Positions 53,345 through 64,000 of a stretch of DNA of 64,000 nt are shown here, one piece after another. Within the stretch, counting starts at the first letter, position 1. Each line of letters starts with the position of its first letter. This DNA is from Sarea resinae (lineage: Eukaryota): the NCBI GenBank assembly GCA_026026165.1, contig JAPEUD010000019.1:1-64000 (forward strand), read 5' to 3'. Position numbers and translations under genes: made by a program. The notes under the pieces are model-generated. The model searched no databases and was not told the origin of the DNA. It saw only the letters and a list, made by a program, of their open reading frames with translations.

Positions 53345-53933
53345 TCAATAGACGGTGTGGCTCCCGCGTCCGTCGGTGCCGTGCATGCGGCGCGTGCCGG
53401 CGGCCTGTGTTATGCCCGGGCACGGTTAGCATGTTTCTCTGCCTCTTGTCTTTGCTTTTCGTGTCTTGACGACATCGTACGGCGACTTGACACCAATGCC
53501 AACTTGAACGCCGACGGCGATGCTGACACTATCACGGTCGTCTCCATCTCTATACTCATCATCACCGTACCCATGCCTTTCTCCCCGAGCATGCGTATCA
53601 GAGAGAGCCGCCAGAAGACTACCCAGTCCGCGCAGCTAGATGCACGTCAAAGAAAAAAAAAGGGGAATATACCTTCAAGCCAGGCCGTCTCGTCAACGCC
53701 CCACGGAGCTTCATCATCGCGCCGGAGATCTTGTCCCCGAGACTCGCATGCCGCTTGTGGTGGTGCGCGCCTCCTGTCGTCGTGGTCGTCGTCGTGGTGA
53801 CTGTCTTGCGCGTCGTCTCTTTGGGCTGGCTGACGCCGTTATGCCGTGAGCGGCGTGTGATGCGGCGCTGGCGACGGGAGGGGCCGACGACCGCGTTGCC
53901 GTTCACGTTGTTGCGTCGCCCGAAAATGGCCAT
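53345..53933 (-). CDS. Small basic hydrophilic fungal protein of unknown function (2 exons, intron ~53405-53672)
   Basis: HHHKRHASLGDKISGAMMKLRGALTRRPGLK/AAGTRRMHGTDGRGSHTVY*. GTATAT donor, GCTAAC branch site, CAG acceptor restore a motif recalled from conserved ascomycete hypothetical proteins. Confidence 0.75.
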
Positions 53934-54912
53934 TTTGGGTGATGATGATAGTGTTGGTGGTGGTGGATGTGGGAGGGGGGTGTGTTTGTTTCTGACTTGT
54001 TTGGGACTGCGAGAGCTTCTGTGGCTGAGACTTGGACTTTGATCACGAATGAAGAGAACAGGTGCTTTGGTCTTTATATATGCTGTCTATGGTGGAAACA
54101 AATACAGATGATGGCATGGAGCATACGTATTCAGTCGTCCGCCAATCGAAGGTCACGATGAACAAGAAGACCGTTGTTGCGATGTCAGTGATCTACCTGA
54201 CTTCCTCTAGCATGTGTGTGCATGTAGGTAGGGCTGCGCACAAGCCCGAAAACAAGGCATATGCGACAAACTGCGTCATCTCGATCATGGTCGGCAATCG
54301 AGTACGAGGAGAAGCTTGCTCTGGTGACGATTCAGACACTCCGATACCATTTGGCGGTTCGTTGATGGCGTCAAGGTCCAAGCAGGACCGCACCCCTACT
54401 TCAGTAGACCCGGACCCTGAGATGCGAGAGCGGTGGGGCAGCGGCTGTGGCTTGGCTGACGTAGTTGCGTTGGGTTTTGCACGGAGAGCCGAATGAGCTT
54501 GGGAGGCACCTAGGGAAGTACCTTGGATGGTTGTCCAAGTTGTCTGCAGAGGTGATGAAGTCGATAGTTGTAGACCCGCTGTCGCAGAGATGATTATCTG
54601 GATTTCATTTGCGTATCAAGTTATGGTTCGACCCGACATTCAATCTCTTCAAAACGGTGAGCTGCTGGTACGTGAAAGACGTTATGCCTTCTCCCCGACC
54701 CACCGACTACCTGCCCGTGCCTTCATCACGCCCCGAAAGCCAAACCAGAAAAGCCCATGGACCAAATACTCCGGAATCAGATCTCCTCCACCGCTTCCAA
54801 CCCTTTCGACATTCTGACTCAATATCAAGGACAGCTGGTCTCTGACTCGGCGTCCTACGGCTTCTTCTTAGTCACCACTAGAGAAAGCCATTACGTCGTC
54901 TAGAGCATTACC

Positions 54913-55233
54913 TTATTTCTCCTTGAAGACGTCCTTGAGTTTCGACATCGCACCCGAGACCTTGTCCCCGATGCCGTGTGAAGAACGATGGCTTTTCCTG
55001 TCCGCCGTGCTGGCGGTCGTGCTGACATCGTCGTCGTAGCTCATGACGGGTCCCTTCTTATCGGTGCTGGTGGTGCTCTTGGCGTCTTCCTCGCCTGTCT
55101 TGGGACCCAGACCCATGAGACGCTGCTGAGTGCGTAATCGTTGTTGATACTTCGCCTCTGCATCCTTCATGGACAGGCCACCGTCTGCGTTCGGGGGCAG
55201 GGGAGGAGGCTGAAAGAAAAGGGGGCCTGACAT
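54913..55233 (-). CDS. Small hydrophilic hypothetical protein (106 aa)
   Basis: ATG-started ORF with coding-like codon usage; C-terminal GIGDKVSGAMSKLK resembles the neighbouring gene. Confidence 0.6.
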   Translation of the reverse strand: MSGPLFFQPPPLPPNADGGLSMKDAEAKYQQRLRTQQRLMGLGPKTGEEDAKSTTSTDKKGPVMSYDDDVSTTASTADRKSHRSSHGIGDKVSGAMSKLKDVFKEK

Positions 55234-56825
55234 GATGGAAATGGTGGTGGAGAGTTTGAAAGCTTGAAAGCGCTTGGGAAGAAATATACGATTATGATCG
55301 GAGACTTTGTCTTCAGCTAGATCAACAGTACCTAGATGGTATGATATTATACTCGTTGAGATATCAGCATTATTCGTGCTTCATTTCCGCCCTAGATATA
55401 CCACCATCTCCAACTACGATCGACATGACACAGCACCGCAGCGTGGCAGTGTCTTCCACCGGGCCGATCGCAGATTGGCGAATGGGGTGGTGTCTCCCCG
55501 GACGGAACGGGCACGACGAGTTCATCGGATCAGGTACAAATCCTTTGTAGAGATAATGTGGGGAATCTCGGGGGCTGCGCTGACGTAGATCTTTCCTCTC
55601 CTGTCGAGGTGGTCGGGACGTCTGCAACGAACACGGATCATGCAATGCATCACCATCGTGCAATTGGGAGTTCTCTCGTCGGAAAGAGAATCTTGAGTGT
55701 CATGCGTTCGTGACTGTACTCTGATGGCACAGTTGAGCTATGGAGCAGAAGCTATTCATCCTTTGAGGACGACGTCAGGTGCTCTCCCGCGGCCGAGCCT
55801 CGTCGAGGTTGCTCACATGCTTTGCGATGCCGCCACTCTGAAGAGGTGGATCCGCCAAGACGGCGGAAGAGCACGCGGAATCCTTCATGCACATACCACG
55901 TTTCATGACTGCGTCTCCTTGGCTATGCAGAATCATCTTCCGTACAGAAGAATCCTCCGTCTTACTTTCTCCTCGCCGAGCATCAAGCGTCAAACATCAG
56001 GCAGCCGGCAGGACAACGAAGCGACCAGCTAACGTCTCAATAGGCTCTTCAGGATGTTATTGCAGGTAAGTTCTGAACCAGACTCATGTCATCTGTCTGT
56101 CGACTCAAGTTTGAGAGTTCGTCCGTCTTCTCGATTTGCTAATATTGAACCGCTCAAGGCAGGCTAGGTATATAGCTCGTACGTGATGATGAACAAACCC
56201 TTTCTTATCTCTATAATGGTGTACAAGCAAGCGCATACAGTTTGGAGGGAGGGTACAAACAGCAAATCCAGAACTATTGACATGCTTATCTTACTTAGCT
56301 AATGCCCCTTTTCTACGAGGGTTCCATATTTATGCCTGGAGAAAAATGCCCACTTAACTCTAAAATAGAAGACATTCCCTCCATCTATTCTGGATTCAGC
56401 ACCTGAATCACCATCTCTTTTCTCTCACCACAACAATTCTAAGTATAGTAGGAGTGGTCTCAAATACCAGACCAAATGCCATTGCTAAGACGAATCCACC
56501 AAAAGTAACTCTCAAGATATCTCAGAGGCAAAAAGAAAACGGTTTTGTGAGCGATTTGTGCATTTACATCAGTTGAAGAACTGAATATAAAGAGGTGAGT
56601 GAAGAAGCATGAACTCGTTGCTCTTTGAACGCCGGTGAAAAGCTGCCGACTAGAGAGCCCGCCCCATACGCCATCGCTAAGTGCCATCATCGTCATCGTG
56701 ATCAACCACCGGAAACGGAATCTCGGACCGGGACAGTCTCCCAGTTCTTCCTCCTCGGAAATTTCTCGCTCCCTCATAAGCCTTTTACCCCCAATCTCTC
56801 ACTCCAGGGAGTAGAGGAAAAGTAT

Positions 56826-57890
56826 TCAAAACAGACTTTCATCAACACTATCGCCATCGCCCCAGATATCACGACTCTCCTGCTCGACAGCGCTCATACT
56901 AGCCGCGACATCCTCAAGTCTCCTCACCACATCCAGCACACCCGCATTCACGCGCTGGAAATACCGATCGTTGGCCTCTCGTCGTTTCCTTGCCATGAGC
57001 ACGTCGTTCTCGGTCTCCTCCTCGAGGCGATTCTTAGCTCCCTCGCTGGCGCCGCCCGGGCCATCAGCGGAAAGGAGCCCATTCCCACCGCCTATGTTCG
57101 CACCTTCGCCTTCCTCGTCGTCTCCCTCGCCACCCTTGGTCAGGCCTCCGTCTTGATCACCACCAGGCCCCGTTTCATCCCCAGACTTTACGTCCCCTCC
57201 TCCACTGCCTCCACTGCCGCCCTGCGACGATGTAGGCTCACCGCCACCACTACCCCCACTCCCTCGCGACCCGGCCTCGTCCCCCTCATTCCTCGCCCAC
57301 GCTTGCGCAAGCGCTAGCTGCGTGACTCGTAGCCCCTCTAGCGCCCGTGCATGCTCAGCGCCAAAGACATGCGTGCGGCCTGCGGCGGAGAGTTCGACTT
57401 CCTCGAGGGTACTCTGCATTTCGGACCAGAGGGCATCGGTGCGGTCGGCGGCGTTGCGGGACTCGGTGTCATTGCGAGGTAGGGTTGAAGCGCGCGGGCG
57501 GCGGGCGGCGCTGGCGGTGTTGGTTGTTTCCGGGCCTGCTCCTCCTGCCGCCGCCGCTGCTGCGGCTGCGGACTGCGATTGATTTGTTGTTGATGGAGTG
57601 AGGGTATCCAGGGGGCTAGTGGCTGTAGATGAGGAATTAATTGGGTTGGCGGTACCGGGACGAGAGTCTGGGATGCGCTTCGAGCGGGTGCGGAGGAGAT
57701 GATGGGTTGGGGGCGGTGGGAGGGTGGTTTGTGCTGCGTTGACGGTATTCTGAGTCGAGGCGGCGGCTCCAGAAGGGGGGTTCAGGACCGAGGTTGTAGA
57801 GGCATTGCGGGAGGGCGGGCCTTGGAAGAGGGTTGGCGGAGTGAGGCGGGTGGGATGGGCCCTGACAGAAGAGGAACTTGAGGATGTCAT
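56826..57890 (-). CDS. Conserved fungal hypothetical protein (possibly DUF5315-like), disordered N-terminus with coiled-coil blocks
   Basis: 354-aa ORF. Blocks TDALWSEMQSTLEEVELSA..HVFG..H..ALE.LR..QLALAQAW and EEETENDVLMARKRREANDRYF. Confidence 0.75.
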   Translation of the reverse strand: MTSSSSSSVRAHPTRLTPPTLFQGPPSRNASTTSVLNPPSGAAASTQNTVNAAQTTLPPPPTHHLLRTRSKRIPDSRPGTANPINSSSTATSPLDTLTPSTTNQSQSAAAAAAAAGGAGPETTNTASAARRPRASTLPRNDTESRNAADRTDALWSEMQSTLEEVELSAAGRTHVFGAEHARALEGLRVTQLALAQAWARNEGDEAGSRGSGGSGGGEPTSSQGGSGGSGGGDVKSGDETGPGGDQDGGLTKGGEGDDEEGEGANIGGGNGLLSADGPGGASEGAKNRLEEETENDVLMARKRREANDRYFQRVNAGVLDVVRRLEDVAASMSAVEQESRDIWGDGDSVDESLF

Positions 57891-58647
57891 TGTGGTGGTG
57901 GTGATTGTAGTTGGAGTAGTCGACTCTGGGCTTTCGATTGACGTGATGAGGATAGTCGAGGGTGTCCAAGCTTAGTTGTTTGCCAGTCGCATGCTGGTCA
58001 AGCGTAGAGAAAACAGAACACAGTGCGGTCAAACATCTCACGATGTCATGCCTTGTAGTCCTAAGCCAGACAGAGGTTCCCACGATCCATGATAGCCTGA
58101 GGTGCAACGCAGTGCACACCTCACCTCGGACGCCATCCCGGCAGAACATTTCACCGACCGGACGTCTCACCGCCACGAAGATGATCCGTTCCCAACCACC
58201 TTACGTAATCTATCAGATGGTTGCCAGCAGGGTTACCCTGCGCTTAGGGCACAAGCCTCCAGGGCTCCCCTCACACACACTCGCTTAGGGCCTAGCGCCT
58301 GCCACGCTCGGCTGAAGGCTGGGGGCTTCGCCAGCCAGCAAAATCGACTTCTTGAACGCCCGACGATTGACGACGACGACGACCATCACGACGACGCCCA
58401 CGACAACCTCAACAACCCGTTTTCCGTCACCAAGAATCCGGTACGTTTCCATTCGCTCTATCCATACATCAATATCTACATCCATCAACTCTGCCGTCTC
58501 GGACCCAATCCTACCATCCATCCATCCAGCCCCTCTCCCATCACCCCAATCCAATCCCATCCCATCCGCCTCTTCCCTTCTCTATCCCCCATCCAATCCA
58601 TCTCAGCAGCAGAAAAGAAAGACGCAACTAACAGCCAGCCAGCAACC

Positions 58648-59246
58648 ATGGGTAAAGGCAAGCCCCGTGGACTCAACGCCGCGCGCAAGCTGCGCAACCA
58701 TCGCCGCGAAGGCCGCTGGGCCGATCTATCCTACAAGAAGCGCCTGCTCGGAACGGCATACAAGTCATCTCCGTTCGGCGGGTCCTCGCACGCCAAGGGA
58801 ATCGTGCTCGAGAAGGTCGGCGTCGAGGCCAAGCAGCCCAACTCCGCCATCCGGAAGTGTGTCCGTGTCCAGCTGATCAAGAACGGCAAGAAGGTCACTG
58901 CTTTCGGTACGTTTTACCGCGTCTGCCTGATGTGGATGCTGCTGCTGCTGCCGGCTCTGCCAGCATGCATATGTTTTCATCACTATCCTCAAATCTCATC
59001 CTCCCGCTCCCCGCTTGATTGACTTGCATATCACCCCATACTAACCCGTCCGTTTGAACAATCACAGTCCCCAACGACGGTTGCCTCAACTTCGTCGACG
59101 AGAACGACGAGGTCCTCCTCGCCGGATTCGGTCGCAAGGGCAAGGCCAAGGGTGATATCCCCGGTGTGCGATTCAAGGTCGTCAAGGTCTCGGGCGTCGG
59201 CCTGTCCGCTCTATGGAAGGAGAAGAAGGAGAAGCCGAGATCGTAG
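58648..59246 (+). CDS. RPS23: 40S ribosomal protein S23 (uS12); intron 58907-59067
   Basis: [15 protein letters not shown]...[34 protein letters not shown]...KEKKEKPRS*. Confidence 0.99.
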
Positions 59247-60489
59247 AGTAGCAGGCAGCTTTCCGTCGTTTGTTTTGCATTGCCGTCGAGATGGGAGAAG
59301 GGTTCAGGGGGGAGCACAAACACCACGATTCATTACGTACGTTGAGCCGTGTGTATTGAATTCAATCGGATATGGGATTGAAGGGATAGGGATAGGGGGA
59401 GCCGCCGTCGGGAGAGAAAGGGAAATCTACAAACGGGGTTCGTGGCTGATGGACACACCGCACCACGTCACGTTCTGTTCTGTTTGACTCGGGGATGATT
59501 GTTTTTCAGGCCACAGAAATCGATCCCCTCTCGTCTTGTCCCTTTTCTTTTCCATCTGCTTGCTATGCGCGAGATCAACAGAAAATCTTTATCAAAACAA
59601 AGTTTCCTCCATCTATGTTTGATCCCGTCTACGTCCGTTTGTCGTGATATATGCTCCGTAAGACGCGCCATCTCCATAGGACGTACGTGGTGATACGGGA
59701 TGCACCATGTACCATGCACCAAAAGACGCCCTAAACCTACTCCCTCCGTTCTGGATCGAACAAGAACACGAAAAAACAAAGAAAATAGAAGGTTGATCAA
59801 AAAGAGGAAGAATTGTATATACTGCCATCTCATCGACGGATGACTTGATAGAATTGACTTGAATTGAACTGAAGTGACGACGATGATGATGATGCTGCCG
59901 CCACCGCCGCCGCCGCCGCCGCCCCCAAAAGCAGGAAAGATCAGAGAGACCAGAAAGACCAGAGAGACATATGCAGACAAGAGGGAGAAGGAGAACGAAT
60001 GAATAATTAATTAATTGCACGCTCAATTACACTTCTCGGATTTAGGCTAGGCTAATTTAGGCTAGGTTAGAGCTGGCTGAGTTTGGCTGGGGCTGGGGCT
60101 GGGGCTGGGCTGGATGAGGCTGGGGCTGTACGATGCCCGGATTTGGGCAAGAAAAAACAAAAAAAATACGGATATGATTAATTTGGGAAAGAAAAGGAGG
60201 ATGAAGACAGGGGTAGGAAGAAGAAGAAGGAGAAGAAGAGGAAGAGGAAAGAAGGAGAAGAAGAGGAAGAAAGAAGAGGAAGAGGGAAGAAGGCCAAGAC
60301 AATCAAAGACGGGACCTCTCTCATCCCATCCTAGTCCAGCCCATTCCATCGTTTCTCGTATGTAGGTAGGAAAGAGAGGCAGGATAACACCGCGCGAAAG
60401 AAGAGCTTCTCCAATAGTGAGAAGAGTAGAAAGAAAGGTTGCCTTCTAACGGTTACGCTCATGCCCATGCTCATGCTCATGCTCACTGC

Positions 60490-62181
<1,692 letters not shown>

Positions 62182-63697
62182 GTTGAGTAACTGTTGTTAT
62201 TATCGTCAATGTTTTATGGTCCTTGAGGGGCGACCGTGAACGTTGGTCAAGGACGGTGGATCGAGCGAGTGTATGTGACGAAATGGTGGCAGGATTCTTT
62301 AGGACGGGGAATATACAATAATACTGCCAGCAAAACAGATGATTGCACCACTGTCGGTAGGTCCAAGGTCGGGTCGGATGACGTCCCTGCTTCTCCCGCA
62401 GCGATGGAGTCTGGCAGATTGAATGGGTACAGGCAGGGAAGGCTTCCCCTTAGACCGAGAATGCCATGGAAAAGAAAAGATAATGGATGGTGGCTTTCAA
62501 GTGAGGAAAACAAGTTCAAGGATGCGGCAACGGAAGACTGGCAGGAGAGATGTTGATCCAGGCGCGTAGGCCAAGGGAATTGGAAGGGTCCTCGAGTTCA
62601 GGAAGTGGAATTGCGGTAGAAGAGGTTGCACGCCGGTACAGAGTGCAAAGTATACTGGACTTGTTTCTATTGGGCGAAGACGGCGTCGGTCGAGTCTCTG
62701 GTACGAGTGGCCATGATCGCTCTCCACTCTCTAATTGACCTTACCTTTCCTACCTAGGTACCTTTCATTTCACGAGGCAACTTCTCGCTTCCCACTTTCT
62801 CTCATTCTCGATGTTGTGCTATCAGTAGACGGCCTGGCACCGCCTACCACCTACGTAGTATGGTCGAACACGGTCAAAGTACGGAGCAGGTCAACAGTAG
62901 TCCTCCAGCTCATCGAGACTGAAGGTGGGCTACGACTCAGCTAGGAGTACCTTGTGCGCGAAGTATTCGTTTCGAGTGCAACGTCATCATCTTCACACCA
63001 TCTGCCGGGGCTTGGGACAGGAGGTAGTGCTCGTTTTCGGGATATCTGGAGGGGCATCCATCACACGGTGAAGCGTGAAGAGAGAGGATGATTCACCGAG
63101 GCGAAATTGCGGTACCCATTTCTGGGGAGATGCATTGCATGTCTAGCTGCATTGGCGGAAATAACTGACGCGGAAACAGAGACAAAGGGGGGTAAAATAA
63201 AAGGGCAAACGGAGAAAAAGTACGGAAACGGTAACAATGCACTCGCTGCCATGGCGAGGAGGATCAGGTAAGCTGTAGGTGTGCGATGCTTGGCGAACAG
63301 GCAGGCAGGTGCAGAACTATTCCCAAACCTAACAGGAACCTGCGACACGTCCCCTCGACCCCCTCCATCGAGACGTTTTTAGGGCTCATGATGATGACTT
63401 CCTACACCGAGCCCACTCATCAAACACCTCAACAGTCCCATCAGTCATACAGCTCCTCCCCTTTCGCTAAGCAGCGCTGGAACCTGAAAAGAAAAGCGGT
63501 ATCACGCAATTGCCTGGATGAGACATCCCACAGGAGAGCACATCTTCGTCGTAACACCGGATATCGTTGCGAACGTCAATCCTGATCCCGGGAGCCATCG
63601 CCCAACGTGTTCAATCATAACTCATAGCACCTATCCAATGACTCGAAACCAAACAGCGCCGGAGCACTTCCGGTCAGAGTCGGACCCTGAATCAAGG

Positions 63698-64000
63698 CTA
63701 CTTGTCTTTCGGTGTGGCAATCTTCGAAGGTAGGCGGCTGTCCGTGACGGGGTCTATCTTGGTGTCAACTGAAGGGTCAGATTTGTCCAAGGTCGTCGAC
63801 ACTGGCGAGCTCGTCAGAGTGGCCGAAGAAGTGTCATTTCCAGCGCGCTCGTTGGCAAAGTTTGGCCCCGGCGTTCCTTCTCGTTCGTTTCGTGCGTTGC
63901 TGTCATCAAAGTTCTGCTCGTCGCCTGAGCTGCCCTGGAGTTTGCTGACTTGACTCTCGAGATCTTTGTCCTCTTCGGCATGGTCGAACATTTCTGCGTC
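63698..64000 (-). CDS. Possible 3' end of a gene entering from beyond the window (acidic, disordered)
   Basis: Frame is open to the window edge with protein-like composition; no recognisable domain. Confidence 0.4.
   Translation of the reverse strand, partial: DAEMFDHAEEDKDLESQVSKLQGSSGDEQNFDDSNARNEREGTPGPNFANERAGNDTSSATLTSSPVSTTLDKSDPSVDTKIDPVTDSRLPSKIATPKDK

Noticed and set aside
58102..58647. Apparent long N-terminal extension of RPS23
   Set aside because: It starts at a non-ATG codon and runs through promoter and a probable UTR intron. The canonical MGKGKPRG start is at 58648.

Overview
Gene-dense chromosomal window from a filamentous ascomycete (Pezizomycotina-type). The evidence is short GT-AG introns with CTAAC/CTGAC branch sites, a Zn2Cys6 factor and an alpha-1,3-glucan synthase. 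About 18 intron-containing or single-exon genes can be supported. In order they are: ARD1/NAA10 (3' exon only), AHC1-like, Alba-like, VTC1, Tctex-1 dynein light chain, SUR7/PalI, AIM9-like phosphotransferase, a Zn2Cys6 factor fused to a maltose/galactoside acetyltransferase-like beta-helix, an A-T-R NRPS-like reductase, GH76 DCW1/DFG5, alpha-1,3-glucan synthase divergent from a GPI-type GH13 amylase/glucanotransferase, Fe-ADH, two small proteins sharing a motif, a conserved hypothetical, RPS23 and PCT1. A possible gene 3' end lies at the right edge. The most interesting observations are four. (1) The acetyltransferase domain of the transcription factor has Leu where the family's catalytic His sits, suggesting a ligand sensor rather than an enzyme. 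(2) There is a cell-wall gene block (GH76, ags, agt/amyD) with no amyG nearby. (3) Two tandem small genes share a GDK(I/V)SGAMxKL motif. (4) Microsatellite-rich, TpA-rich islands sit between convergent genes whose 3' ends look GC-rich. No tRNA, rRNA, CRISPR array or intact transposon was recognised. All homology calls come from motif recognition by eye, with no database search.
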